From Halocafeteria seosinensis (taxonomy: Eukaryota): 64,000 nt of DNA. The stretch lies in NCBI GenBank assembly GCA_001687465.1, contig LVLI01000234.1:1-64000 (forward strand), in the 5' to 3' direction. Positions within the stretch are counted from its first letter, which is position 1; each line of letters opens with the position of its first letter. This document shows, piece by piece, positions 22,938 to 38,100 of this stretch. A model generated the notes under the pieces. That model searched no databases. It was not told the DNA's origin and worked only from the letters and a program-made list of their open reading frames with translations. The position numbers were made by a program, and so were the translations under genes.

Positions 22938-25538
22938 GGAGCGGAATCCAGCGAGGTTGGAGGAATCCATCCTGAATATCCGGGGAGCCGCAAGCATATT
23001 TTCATATCTGTATTCAGTGGAGCGGTGTGTACAATGAGGCCTCTCCTGTAGCTTTCAACCGAATTGTGTCCCCTTAATGATATTGGACACTAGTAATGGT
23101 ACTTGTATGGTGGGAGTGGAATCACAATTACACAACACATGGCTACTGTATTGGGTCCAGTGTGTTTCCGGTGTGCATTCTCAGAGCTCGGTGCAAATAA
23201 ACCGTACACACAATTCCAGCTTGATTGACCGAGGCGGCATTGACAAAAAAATTGTGTGTTTGGCTATCCAGCTATCCACACATCCCGCTTCCAACGGTGT
23301 CTCGTTGTTGAATAGACCTGGCGATATGACACAATACATTTCAGGCTCTATGGTCTGTGACTTGGGGCGGAGACGTTTATGGAATTAAAGCACGAGTTCC
23401 AGGAACAACTCTCCAAAGTTACCTTGGACTTCCTTCTAGGTGCTATTTGGACGAAACTACCTTCACTTGAGCTTCAAGTACTCCTAATGCCTAACACCAG
23501 CATCTGGTGCTACACCGGGATAACACATGAAGCTTGGAGACGAGTATAATCAAACGGCGCACCGATGCACGCTGCATTCTGTTCGTATTGTATATGGTAT
23601 ACATGGTATAATAGATCCCAACGCTAGACTGTGAGTAGTAGTGTGTACTATTTATGGCCTACCGGCTAAGTGGGAATGTGTCATTTAATGTGAGCAACAA
23701 AAGGGGAAGTTACTAGGAAGATGGAAATCCTTTCAGTGTATTTGGATTGGTTTTCGGAGCATGCACACGAAACAGAACTTGCACAACAAGTTAGGTATTG
23801 GCAAACCTTTAGTCCTCATATTGAACAGATGACCGGTTCGAGCATTTGACAATTTCATAGTGTACCCAAACCACAATAACTGATGATGCAATTTGCCATT
23901 GACCGCACCTGACGCGCCTGGATGTTCGAAACTGCACGCAGAGTGCCCTTTCTACAAAGGCCACAGTCTTCCTAGGAAGGCTGCGAAAATGGACGGTTAG
24001 CAGAATATGTTCAATTCGCCGTAGTGTCAGAAGGTACCACTAGTACCGTGCCAGTGACTGCATTTGGTTGCCTCACGAACACAGCACCGCCACGTATGTC
24101 AATCAATACTTATGGTATATTCGATCTTAATCTAGAACATGCAACATGTAGTGTATCACCAATCCAGCGGCTCAGATCAACAGTACTCTCGGCAAGGCAT
24201 CCATGCAGCGATTTGGAAATCTTTGAAATGACGGGAAACGACACCTATCCATAGTAAGAAAAGCGACAATGTACTGAGTGTGTGTATTAATAGAGTTCCT
24301 TCTGGAAGACGTCTAGTCTACAGGTTACGCTAGACCGTGTGTGGGGTGGAACCTACCCGGAACCGCTCCATGTACTGAAGAATACCCAACATCGCTGAGA
24401 CAAACATAGCGGAAGGCATCACACAAATAGTCCATCGGCCACAAAGACGACCACATCCTCGCAATCTGGAGAGGGAGCAACAATCATTGTTGTCTATCCT
24501 GTATTCATTTGGTCCCTTCGGCAAGTTTTACCGATTTGTACATGCAAAACCACAATCGGATCCAAGGCTGGAATCGCAATAAAGTCCGTCCCTTGCTTCA
24601 GGGGATTCGTGGGAATTTCGTAAGTACCGGAAATCATGTGATTCTGCGAGACCGCACGGTCCGCACCTCGATCTCACGTCATCAATACCATTACCTAATG
24701 CTGACGTAGTTGCTCTTTACGTCCGAATGGCTACAAGAGACTTTCGCGTAACGGAAGACTTCCATCCTTCTCGCGTACTAACGCCGCTGTCACTGTTTTG
24801 TAGTTGGATCGATACTACTTCAGCCGTGTAGCTTACACAAGTCTATACCATGCGCCGGGGGCCGTCGTCACAGGAAAATACGGTTTGGTCTTGAAGCAAA
24901 CGGCTCGCTCAACCCTCAGAAAAGAGGGCAGCCGCTTCCTTGAATCAATTCGCTCGAGCTCTGATATTGCTAACGTGTAGTAGGTAGTTGTTACCGGCAC
25001 ATGTTCGTCCAAATCAAAACGGTCTACGGAGATTCAGTCGGAAAATCAAGTACACACATGTACAACAGGTCGATTTTCCCGCTTGCGAGCGTGGTTCTGG
25101 AATCAAAAATAGGATACGCTGCTAACTTTGGGTGGATACCACATCGGCAGAGTGCATGAAGTTTGCAGACAACTTCTTTTATTATTCTTGAATTAGAATG
25201 TGTGCGTGTATTCAGCGTCACAAGCGCGCCAGTACAGTGTAGTCCAGGTAGTCAGTACCAGCAGTATCAAGTACAGTGTAGTGGTACCAAGGTTCCAAGC
25301 CACTGTAATCGTCGATCTCGCTACATTGGCACTTAAGTATGTATGTTAATTAGTACGCCTGTAGGCCTGGTATATAAATACTGTATACTGTGTAGAACAA
25401 CTGAACGCGAGCCAGAGCATTGTACAACGTTGTACAGTAGTCAGTGGGTAATGAGACCGGTCAAATTTGCTTGCGACAGGTATTAAGCAGTCATGTGGAT
25501 ATCATGGAAACGAGTTCTAAATCTTTTCTCTCTCTGTT

Positions 25539-25562
25539 TATATATATATATATATATATATA
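25539..25562. repeat. (TA)n microsatellite
   Basis: About 12 consecutive TA units. Confidence 0.9.
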
Positions 25563-26187
25563 CCTATCTGTCCTATGAAATGCTTCATGAACAACACAAT
25601 GGCGTGCATGCCTTGCTTGCTTCCACGGTCAAGAGCATGTACATACCGATGCTCAAGTCCTTCCTAACACATACACGGTTAATTATGACCATATCAACCC
25701 CTGTATGTGTATGCATGTATACACAAACACCACATTCTATCATCTCTCACTGAGACTCTCAGTGACCAAGCATTGACAGCGTCCCTTCTACACCATCATG
25801 CCATTGCCGAGCGTATAATTGGATTGATAGTGTGTTCACGCTGTCCGTCAATTTAACACATACACGACAAGTATATGTATGTGTACACACATACAAGTTA
25901 TTCACTTGCTTGTATAGAGAGGAGAAAAAAGATCTCAGGGGGAGTGTTTGGCTCTCCCTTCTTCGTGTCAATTAAACTATACCCTATTTTGAACGAAACA
26001 CATTGCTACTAGAGGGTTCTCGTCCTCGTTTCGACTACTGTTTAGTACACAGGCACAGAAACACACGCACATCTTGTGCTTGTGGGTGCAAATAGGAAGG
26101 AGAATTCCTGCTCATTTTCTTGTCCAGACGGAGTGACGAAGATATACGGCAGTATACTTGGCTCATTTTCCCAAAAGGCGACGCACG

Positions 26188-29100
26188 ATGGCTACGCCGG
26201 CAGCTGGAGCAAGCCCTGGTAGCGGTGACAATGCCAGCACGTGTTTATGGAATCTCCCTAGAGTGCTCACCGCCGTGGCGGCAGCCTCCAGTGAGCAGAA
26301 GAAGCAAGGGGCTGACGCCCCTGTTTCCAAACAACAGCGCAAAGATGCCCAGGTGGTTGCTCGTTACCTGATTAACAACCATTATGATTTGGAGATGCAT
26401 GAGATATATCACTTCATTCGGGATTTGCAGAGGCATACTTCCAACGAAGAGGATGCCAAAAGCGGACAGCAACAGAGTCCGAATCCGGGGAAAGGTAGTG
26501 GCGGCGATCAGGAACTTGGGGGAAAGGAAAAGCAATGGGGAGACATTCTGGACTCATCTCTAACTGCCCTGGAAAGTGCGTGGTGGAGAAATAGTGACAG
26601 TGCGAAGAAGGAAGCTACTGCTCTGGAGCAGGTGGGCCACAGAGGAGCAGTCTCAAAGGATCTTTGTTCCGTACTGGCGGATAAGCCGAAAAAGTTAGAG
26701 GAACAGGAATACTCCCGAATTCATCACCGAATCAGTGAAGGGCCAGATGAAACATCGTCATTATCAAAATCTGTACAAAGTTTGCTTCAGTTTCTGGACT
26801 CTTGCCAGTTAGGCGTTGGGACGTTGCCAGAGTCTGAAGGCCAGCAGACAAACATCGAGAGCGATTATTTCGCAGATTTGCTCTGCGAGGAATTGACTAA
26901 TCTAACTTCTGAATATCAGCCGCTCCAATTGTTCAGTGAAGTCAGTACACCTTTGACCTCCTCTGTGAAGAGCGTTCTACCGAAGACCATGGAGTCTCCT
27001 ACTTCAAGTGTTTCCTTAGCCATCGATAAAGGGGCACTCCAGGATGTAGCGTACAAAGGATATATCATTTCTGATGACGATCCCAGTGCGACTCATACCA
27101 TTGACTTTACTTTCGGGCAGTCTTTGCGCATAGAGGGCATCTCACTACGTCTGGATCCGCAAAAAATGCCTGCCACTGTGTCTCTGTCCAAGAAGGTTGC
27201 CTCTACCTACTCTAGTTTGCAATCGAACGAGTTACGGGAAGATGGATTTCTATTTGTTCCTTTAGGTGGAGAGAAATGCGATGGGCTAAGAGTTTCCTTC
27301 AATGGAGAACATTCCTTGAGTCGACGTATTGCAACGAAGGGTCACTTTATGGACATTCTTTCTCTACGGATTCTGTCTGTGAGCGAAACTTCAGAAAAGA
27401 AAGGAGGGAGACGAAGCCATGCGCGGCCTGGATGGACTTCGAAGCGGACGTTAAAGGTCATTCAGAATTGGCTGTTAGAGAAATTCTACAGCGCCTCGCC
27501 GGGGCATTCGATTCGTTTTTCATGTGTGAAGGTAATGATTGAGTTCGTTCGGATTTACGGTACCTTGGAACTTCTCTTAAGTGTTAATAGCATGGTTGTC
27601 AATCTTGTGCACGAAGAATTGACTAGTCTGGGAACTTCTCTTTCACGTTTGCTGCACGACCTTTACAGAGAGCTATTTCGAATGAATCATCCAATATTTG
27701 CTCAAGAGGCAACTACAAACGGCAAGCAGGAAGTCGATTGTAAGGAAGCAGTCATCAACGAAGGCAACGACGGGGAAGAAGAAGCTGAAGCAGAGGAAGA
27801 ACATGAAGAAGAAGATGAAGAATCAGAGTCTGGGCATGTTAGTATGTACGAAGGTATGACGCGCGATGAGGTGTTTGAAACTTTTCCGGAGGTTGGACGT
27901 TTGCAAGAGTTGGGCTTTCCCCTTAGGACATGCGTTCGCGCTTTGCAGCAAACATCTGGTGATATGGAAGCGGCAGCAGACTATGTGTTTTCTCATATGG
28001 GAGAAGAAGAAGACGGTGCTCAGCTTGAAGAAGAGGCAGCACTGCCTGAAGGAGAGACTAACGAACCGCTTTCGGAGGAGAAGGAAGAGGAAGAGGAGGA
28101 TGAAGACGATGAGCTAGACACCAAGGATGCAGCGATTGGCTCTGGCGCCGGCAGAGCGGAGGAGCTATCAAGTTTCCAAGGCGAGCTTCCCACTACGTCA
28201 AGTACTATTGCACAGTGCTTACGTGACAAAGCATCCCTCACCCGGCTTGTTTTTGTTGCTGTGGAGCAACTCTGCGAACAATGGAACTGTACTGCCTCTT
28301 TATCATCCAACACTTGCGGATCCTTTCCCTCCATTTTTCCTGGAGAGGTGGCTATTGACAACACAAGTACCAGAGATGGAATCGTTACCCTCCCCTCTGA
28401 AATGGGAGCGGGTATAACGCATGCCCCCTATTGTCTTGAGCCAACAGAGTCGACATTTAGTTCGTTGCATTTGGTTTTGCAAGCGTTGATAGGAGAGAAA
28501 GGTACTGGCTCCTCCTCGACGTTTAAACCGGTGCAACAGTTTGACAAGTCCCATAAGAAAGATCTTGTGGTTTTGACTTTGAAAATCGTCGGCTCGCAGT
28601 TGCGGAGAATCGTGGATTCCAACGTCAATCCGAAGGACTTGGGCATTGATACCAACGCTGGTTCCTCCAGTTTGGTAGGAGTTCGCACTATCTTGCAAGA
28701 TCTAGTACTGGACCGCACGGATGCAAACACGTTAGACCGGTCGCAGCTCAATGAAATCCGCTATGAAGCACTTACTGTGATACAATATGGGTTTGGCTTG
28801 CTATACCATACTGCGCAAGACCGTGTCAGGCTCATTTCTCAAGTGTTAACTGTGTGCCGAGTTGGAGAAAGCAACATGAATGGTATTGATGACGTTGCAT
28901 CCCGGTTGCTTCATGCTCTTGTTTCACATGCTGCTATTCCGTCTTCTCTATTTGGCGGAATCGCTGCCGGGGGAGGTGGGCAGCTCTGTGGTTTGGGAAA
29001 CCACCGAATGTTGCTCGTTAGTCGATCCACGAAGAAAACGGAAGAACCTACTGAGTCGGTCGTCGCCCTCTACGAGAGGTTCAACAAGCAGCTGATGTGT

Positions 29101-32100
29101 ACACTGCAGGTATTGAAATCTTCAGCGGAGCATCAAGAACTGTACTCAAAATTGAAACTGTCGATGCTCTTTTACTTTTCTGACATGATCGTCATGGCCA
29201 TTCGAGGAACTTCCTTGAGACGAGTAGTGCCCGCGCTATCTTCCTTTTGCACTGAATTTTTTAACACGTGTACTGGATCATTAGACGATGCCCCTGATTC
29301 CGAAGGAGGGAATAGCTTTGGCATACTCCCGTTTGTATTAGAAACGATCTATGCGCTACCACAGGGGATTCTTTGTCTTCTGGCTGAGCATTGTTTGCCC
29401 GCTTTGACGAAATTATCTACGTCAGCCATGAAGTGGGACCGGGATCCAATTCCTTCAAGCAGAAGTGTTAAAACACTGCAGTGGGACACCGACTCTCTGG
29501 GTAACTTTTGCAAATCGCCATTTAAGAGCACGACTGTGAATTGGCAGAGTTCAGGGACCACTTTCCCTGCGACGGGGTCTCTAACAGGGGTGGTAACTGG
29601 AAGCTCGGGGACGTTCGTTGGCACCCTATTGCCTTCATGGTTTACTAAATATAAGGGCACTCCTTCTCCAACATCTCCGCCGGTCAAGTTTCATAACATA
29701 CTAAGCCATCTGAATGGGGATAAAGGCAAACACGCCCTTCTTAAGTCTCATGCCGCATTCAGGCAACTTAATGAGGTCCCAAAGAACATCAATATTGTCT
29801 TACTCTCCAAACCCGGAGCACCTAATGAAGCCAGGGAGGATGGTTCGTCTACCGAGAAGCGCCGTGAAAGCTTTATGTACACGTTGGCGTTTGGCATATC
29901 CATCAGAAGAGGTAGCGACGGAGCAGGTTGTCACAGATTTCAAATTGATGGTTCCAACTTTTCCATCTCAACCGGTCCTCTCTCCCGTCCTGACCAAGGG
30001 AAACTCACAGAGTCGCTATCGCTATCCGCGCGGGGGCGTGCATTCCGCAGTAGCACCGGGGCAATTTTCAGTTTGGATGGCACCAGAGTATCAGCAATGA
30101 CATTGAACCTTGATTTCCCAGTTCTGCTCTCAGGAGATAAATGGCTTCCTTTTAACGGTAGTATTTCCGTGCTTGATACGGACGCCCGGCTCGCACCGCT
30201 GTTACCGGCCAACGTGCTTCCGTGTAGTGGCTTCTTTAATACATCTGGAAGATTCCACTGTTGCGAAACATCGAAGAGTCCGGAAAAGGTCGTGTCCTTG
30301 TCAGCCCAAGTTGTAACAAGCGGAAAACTAACCCGGAGCGTCGAGCAAGTAGTCAACAAGTGGATGGAACGGGAGGATGCTGAGGAGGAAAGCTCGAGGC
30401 TGTTTAGTGAAATGCGAAATGAGATGGCGAGTAGAGGAGACAATTTCTACCTAGTAGGCATTATGTCCATCTCTTCCAGGGAAGGTGATGATACGAAACA
30501 CTTTGCTTTTATCCAGTATTGTGCTGGTGAGGCCGTCGCTGGCTTTTACCGGACAAGCCTCATTGCCACTTCCGGTGCTTTGATCAAGGCAGGAATACAA
30601 GGACCAACGTTTCATATGTCGGAAAGGGCAATGTCAAAGTACTTGTCAAAGCGAACAATGTTAAAAGGCAGCAGCCTCGAAGCGGTTATGCACAACGTCT
30701 CCGAAGGAGCTACAGAAAAGAGTGAATTCTATCTTAAGAGTATCAACGAAGTAAAAGGCGCTGTTCTGGCGGGCTATATGGGATCCTCAGCTGAGCATAG
30801 TCTTTCTACTGCGATGGGAAAAAACCTTCTTCTTGGAACGTGTGAAACTCCTGCAAATAACGTCCTTTATGATCTCTTCGTGGAACCACTACCTCCACAT
30901 ACTGACATTAGTATGGATGGGGGTTGGTCCGAGGCTTGGTCCTTGTTACAACCTTTTTTCCAGTCGAAAGGGCCGCGCAAAAGTCCACTAATCCGCAAAC
31001 GTGAGGCAAAAACTGCCTCTCCGGGGGCCGAGAGTATATTCATGGGCGTACTAGCACTTACTATGGGGGCAGAGACTCTTCTGTTGGAGCTGATAGCAGC
31101 CTTGTTCTCCCAGCAGCTTGACATGGAAGGGGTAGGAGTAGAGCCCATTATGCAGAGCAAGCACTTGACCAGTGTAGTTCCGTCTCATCTAGTATGGTGG
31201 CCGCAGTTACTAGCGCGATGGGTGAATGTATCTTCTATTGATGGGATACCCGAGGAAACTAGACGGCTGTTAGTGAGGCGTGACTATTCACAAATTTTGG
31301 ATTCTAATGATGACGTAGTGACATCTATTGCTTTTCGAATCAACAAGTTTCGAACGTGGTTACGGCTTCAGCGGCAGAATCTTCAAGAAAACGCCAGTGC
31401 TTCGAGGACGTTCCGCACAAGATTTTCCGCGAAGACCTCTCAATGCTTAAATAAGCTACGAAGAGGAATCAGCAGTGGTTTACACCGTGATTGCTCAACT
31501 AGTGAGGTTTATCTCTATTCGACTCTGCTGGAAAAGGCTGATGACGTTTCTAAGTTGTCCCGTAAGAATGCGCCGGACTCGTATGCATCCTTGCTTTCTG
31601 ATCTCGCGGAGCAGTCCATATTACTCTTAAATAATTTTGTTGCATCGAAGTCTGTGGAAAATTCAGTCCGTGCTTCCGTCTCTTTTCCTTTGGAAGTGAA
31701 CTCCACTTTTGCTATGACTGACACTGAAGATCGATTTCAACGTTGGCAAAGTACTCTGTCGCACAAGGACTTAGATTTGTTAAAGCAGGGGTCTTATGCA
31801 ATGAATTTGCCCTTCTCGAAGCTTCCAGACACGATTGATGACAAAACGATTAGTACGTTGACGAATCATAGGACAGATGACGGCGATGACGATGACGACT
31901 ATTTTGAAGGGAAACCATCGGCTATTGGGCACGGAGACTTTGAAGTTTCCCTAATAGGCCAGCCGAGTGTAGGACTGGCTCCAATGGACTCAAGTAGTAG
32001 CCAGGATGCATCCAGAGGTTACGCTGCCGATGTAAGCGGTGCTGCTTTGCATTCATCAGTTGCCAACGTGCTCTCTCGTCAACTTTCGTTGGAACAACAA

Positions 32101-35100
32101 CCTTCTACTATGTCATTCGCGTCAGACGATGATAATGAAAATGATGAAGAGATAGCGGAGCTGATTGCTGGCACCGTAGACTCTGACTCGAAACAATCCA
32201 GTGCCCTTTACCGCAGGGCAGGTTTCGACATATACGACTATCTAACGTCCGTAGTGAGAACGGAGCGCAAAGGTTATCTTATACTTTCGTCTCATGTTTA
32301 CCAGAATGTCCGTGGCCTAATGCGCGCTAAAGCACTTTGCTCAGCAGAAATGCTGCTGACAACCCTTCGGGAGTGCCCTCAAGAAAGCGCCTTGCTCACT
32401 CACATTTTATGCAGCTCGTATTTTCGCCTACAACGGTTGGGAACGGAGCAGCTGCTTTCTCTGGGATCGAACTCTCCCGATAACATGCGAGATTCTCTGA
32501 GTCAAACCAGCCGTTTCAAGGAGCAGATTCTGTCGAGCTCCTCTCGCGGACGGTCTCACTTTTTAACAAGTATTGAAGGAACATCTTTGAGTGTCTATCA
32601 GCTTGTTGAGGCCTGTGCTTTGTCTCTCTTCCTCTCGGCCGTTAAGTTGTTGTCTCAGGCCAGCCGTGGCAATCTCGAAACTGCGCACCTTTATCTCAGA
32701 CTCTTTGGTTTAGGCTGGGGAAGGGATGATCATGAATTTTTATTAAGGTCAGGGTTACTTCCAGTTCTCAGACACCTAACAGGGGTCTCCAGGTTTTCCC
32801 AATTAGAGTGGGAGTCGCGCAACTGCGTCCGAAGTTTGCGGTGTGGAGCTCCAGTTGCTGACACCGCTCTTCTCGAAGAAAAGCAAAGTGTGCTAGCAGA
32901 AATTCCGGATAACCAACTATGGACTTCGATGAAACGTTTGTCTCATTACGACTATGCCAACATGGTTGCTTACGAACCGCTTGTATATTTCTGGCGCTGC
33001 TACTTCTGTAGGCCAAGCGACGAACGACGGGGTGGGTGGTCGTGGTTTGAAGGAAGTGCTGGTCATGTATGTGCGGGGGATACCCATACAATCGCTAATA
33101 AATTGTGTCGTAATGTGGATTACTTGGTGCATAAATTTTCTCGGCAACACAATTTGCCCGAATTTTCGTTTTCCCCGTCAGCCTCCGGTGCACAATGTAT
33201 GCGGGACGCCGTCCACTTTCACGAACAGCTTCAGATGCGGGGCTTATTTATAAGTCGTAGTAACGCTAGTGATAAGTGCAACGACACCGTGTTATCAGAG
33301 CATCTTCAGTATATTCGGGAGGGAGGCCGAACTACTGATGTTCCGAGTGCCGTGCGAGACGCTGTCACCCGTCTAGTCTCATCAGAAACATTTTTCTTTC
33401 CTGCATGGCAGCCTGCTGAGCTCGACGGCGGTCTGAGGATTATTCAAAAGGCAATTTTAGACACCGTTTTTGCCCTCGCGTCTGCTGGTCTGCACACTGA
33501 AGCAGCTCATCTTGTGAATATCTGCGTGACCATTGACTTACTCTATCTTACAGAAGATAATACAATACGTGTCCAATTTGAGAGTTCACGGTCCGTAGAA
33601 GACGTGTGGCAAATATGGCTCACATGGTGGAAGGAAGCTCTGTGCCGGATTACCCTGCCTAAAATGTCTCTCAATCATGAGACAGCCTCTCTTAAGCAGT
33701 TCCGCGTAGAACAAGGAGGCACTACTCGAACAAGTAATTTTGCTTTGGCTTCCTTCGAACTTTCTAGGTGTGCGGACAATGCTCTGCGTTCATTGTCAAT
33801 TCGAATATCATCCACGAGCCTGAGTCTTAATGATAAAGACGTCTTGGAATCTGAGCAGACGAAAACTACGCTCATTCTGCTCTACGCAACCTTGCGTTTT
33901 GCTATCAAGGATATCATCATCTGCGGCAAGGAGCTGATTCATACTGAAAGCGGGACTCAGTCTAGCAGCCCTACGGCTAGCTACTTGTCACCTTTTAAGT
34001 CTCCGGGCTCATCCCCGGGATTCAGCCGTCCAGCAAGCTGCGGTGCAGACACATCCCCTGCGCTAAGCATTGGGGACTACGCTGAACTTTTTGAGCGACG
34101 ACTCTACTGGCTACAAAGTCTCATCACCCCAGGATATCTACATGCCGCCGCAGTTCACGTAGTATCCAATTCCGAGCTATTGAATATGTTGTTGTCAATT
34201 CTTGCTCGCTTTGTATATTCTGAGGAATTTGTGTCAACGTGTTCTGCAGTGTTGCGGTTTTTGAGAGCAATTGTTCCTCAGCTTACTCTGGGAGCGACGA
34301 AAGAAGCACTGAACACTGGGATAGGGGATGTCACTGTGCTACTGGACCCACTATTTAGTTTGGATCGCTCCATCCTAGACCATGGTTGTTCTAGCGCTAA
34401 TGGAGATGAACACAAGGCACAATTAAAATCGTTCATTGTTTTCCTCGCACGTTTGGCAATCCGGAGCGTCGTCCAACTCACTGAGAGTGAGCTTTGTGAA
34501 TTTTGCTCAGTGGCCTTGTGGCCTAAATCTCTTCTTGTTAGCAAGGGTGCGTTGTTTTTGCTTCGCCGTCTTACTCGGGCTAAGAAGTGGAGGACTATCA
34601 CAAATGAAATATTCACTGTCGTTCTCAGACAGTGTGCTAGAGTATCGAATGATCAGCGGATACAACCGCTGGATCAGGAAACACTCTATTCATATATACT
34701 GGCGAATGTCGTATTCGCAGTAGGTGGTGGCCACAACATTCAGTGCACGCCGGGTGCGATAGCGGAGATCAACCCTCAGATCGCCAGAAGCGATGTTCTA
34801 TCTCAGTCTAAAATGTACTCAGATGTTGTGTCGATTTTCCAGCGGGTGCAATACCCGACACTGTATGTCGTGGATGCGGAACCGGGGAGCCCATTTGCGC
34901 GGGTGTGCTTGCTTGTCGATGAAGCATTTCCCAACGTCTTCCAAGGGTTAGCAGATTCAAAAGCTATTGACGTGGTTGGTTCAAAGAATTTTTTTAATGG
35001 CACGTTTGATGTCCCCGTGGAGTGCCTCCGTCCTCTGGACACGATTCGCCCTCCCCCGTTTTTGTTGGATGATCCATATTTCATTCGCTACACCACGGAT

Positions 35101-38100
35101 ATCGTCCATGCTTGTAGACGGAGACTCGAAGATACTAGAGCAACGGAGGTCGAGCAGTCAATCATGCTCAGTATCGGTGAAAGCGCTGTTCTTGCTGCTC
35201 ACTCTGCAATTCCTCACAACAAGGATGCCCTTATGGGATGCACCGATCTATTGGAGGGTATCTTTTCACTGACTACATTGACGACGAAATTGTCTCAGGA
35301 AGAGCGAAGCTTCACGATGTTGAAGGACGCTTCTTCCTCGGCGTTATCCATTCGTAGCCGAATCCTTTCATGGATTGATTATTTGGCCTCGCACTCTGAC
35401 GATCAGTATCCAACGAAATTGGTAGAGCCGACGTCTGGTGCACCTTCATATAGGAACCTTCAAGACTTTCGGTTCGGTGAACAAGTTCTTAGTTGTCAAC
35501 TGTGCTGGTTATCTTTAGCGGTCGGTGATGGTGTACGGCGTGCTTTGGACTGGGTTGCTGTTATGTGTCATGGTAGTGGCCATCCTGATGCGCGCAAGTT
35601 TCGAGACAGTCTTGAAAGAGTTTCCAGCCATATTTCTGAAGAATCTGACTCCGTCAGGTTCACTGTTTCGGATACAGGCTTAGCGGATATCACTGCGGAA
35701 TGTGAACGAATACTGCGTGAATTCAGAAATCTTGAAGCTCAGAGTGTAACTAGACTCAACCAATGCGTTGCTGCTGCAGCCGGCATGCTTTTTGCATCTG
35801 TTGTTTCGCTAAGTTTGATTACCAAGCAGGTCAAATCAATGGGACGCTACAGAATGCTGCGAAGTGATGATAATATTCTAGAAAGGCGTCTGAACCTGAG
35901 AGATGTAAACTCGGACTACAACAACGATGTTATTATTCTCTCTTGTGCACTTTGCTTGCCCGTTGACAGTGTGAGGCAAGCCGTTAGCGCGAATAAAGTC
36001 ACAGTTGGGGCCATTCGTGATCTCTGGGATTCGCTTGGCTGGTCGACTGTTTTCTCTACCAAGACTGTAGAGCAATTCTCCTCTTCTAAACAACAACGAG
36101 CCCTTTACTCGGACATGCTTAGCTATCAATGCGCGTTGGATTCTGAGGATATGAAATGGGCTCTGACATTGAACAGTTACCCCTATGTCGCTGCTGTGTG
36201 TAACAGCATAAGCTGTGCTGCAATCCACACTAAATTGTTTGACAGGCAAGCGAATTTTCTTCTATGGGTCTGGGCAGGGCTTTCTCCTGTGGATTTCGGA
36301 GATGAGCTCACTACTCCGTCTTGTACCCTCATCAAAAATTACTCTAAGATCCTGATTCCGTACAATGTTGGAAAATCGTGGATTGATGAATTCTGTAAGA
36401 ACGCGATTAATGTCGCGCAACTCAATCGTAATGTCAACGAAGCTTCCGAAACAGGTTTAGCGGAAGTTGTTGAGGCAAGCTGCCATAGTGATGTGCAGCT
36501 ATATCTCCGCAGTAGGCTTTTTGACTCTTATATTCCGAAATCGTCGGTAGCCATCAGTGAAAGTAGATGGGAGGCTATACCAGCAAATAGAGTCAACCAA
36601 CAGTATTATGACAAACTGAAATATCTAATCAAAGAAAAATTACGTGCAGCTACACCAGTCGCAGTGCCCGTCCTGGGAGGCCAAGCATGGGATGGAATAT
36701 GGATGCAGCTAACTTCTAACAGGGAAGTGTTCAAGGCATGTGAAGGATCTATACACCGGTTTTCGTCGCTGTTGGCATCGTTTGAACACTCTCCTTTGCT
36801 CTCAAAGGCACTTTCTGGTGTATTATCGGTGGAGGAGGCGAGAGGCACTCCAATACTGCGGCAGATATCGGTGCCACTATGCCGAGAGGTAGCTGATGCA
36901 TATACGTTGCAATGTTCGGGGTGCTCGCCATATCTCGATGTGTCGAATGCCGAGCTCACCGATGCTAGTCTCGTGCCCGCAGGCAAACTCCACGAGGATA
37001 ACGCTTTGTTCCACTGTGGATGCGCCCGTTCCAGTGGCACGCTGCGTATACCGATCAACGAAGGGCACTCCAAAATTGCGTTTGACATCCATTTCTTCTA
37101 TTCGGTGAATAACCAAGCTGGTGACGACGATGAAGTCTCTGTGGAAATCGAGGGAGATGACTCACGGACAGAGGTGTTCCGTCGCAGCAGGAAAAACGGT
37201 GTTTCAGAAATGGTAGCTGGAGCGCTTCAATCTGTGAATGCCTCGTCTATCCCTGACATCGATTTGCAAAGCCAGGTGGTGACAGAAAAGTGGGGGTTTG
37301 ATAAGAACAGTGCAGAGGATGAGCGAAAACTATTTTCTATGAGGGGTGCGTCTTTTATGGATCGCATCATTCTACAGATTGACCTGAGGTGCAAAGTCGT
37401 GTATTGCGGCCAAGTCGGATGTACTCCGCTCATACCGCTTTGCTCTCTGGGCCTGTCTTCAGCGAAATACATTAGTCTCAATTTCATTCGGGGAAATGTA
37501 GGCGTACTACTGTCTGAGAGCAGAAGTTATCCACTTAATTCATCGAGTGTTATTCCAATCTCTGGTACTGTTGCTGGTCTCTTGGACCGAGTAGCTTCAT
37601 CGTTCGTTGACGACTACCTTCATGATAAGGTGTTGGACGTGGAGGTAAGCGGCTGCCGGTCGTATTCTGATGCAATCCAGAGCCCTGCCCCGGCGGTTGT
37701 CGATGCCCGTTCACCGCCAGAGTTCATTTATGCGCCAATGTTTTACGATGGTTCCGGAGCTAGACTTTGTGACAACAATAGCATCGCGCCAATACACCCC
37801 TCCTTACTTTCTAGTGGTCTGGAGGACGTTACTGTAACAAGTAGCTTAGGCTACTTTTCCAAAGGAAGCCGTCTTTACAGACTACATACACCTCTACTAG
37901 ATCCAGCTAAGGTGACGTTCTATTTTGGAGCTCTGGCAACGGACTTGGATGAACGTTATTGCACGGAGCTGCAGCTCAGGAGAAACGCGCGGTATGATCA
38001 CATGACCAAGCGTGGTGCACAGGAATTGCCGGAAGAGCTTATCGCTGACTTGTCCTGCATCCTTTTCCGTCTGCCAAGTTTTTCCCCGCCTGATAACTCT

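Noticed and set aside
23342..23470. YLGLP peptide reminiscent of non-LTR reverse transcriptase domain 7
   Set aside because: Short stop-bounded frame with no YxDD or other RT motif nearby.
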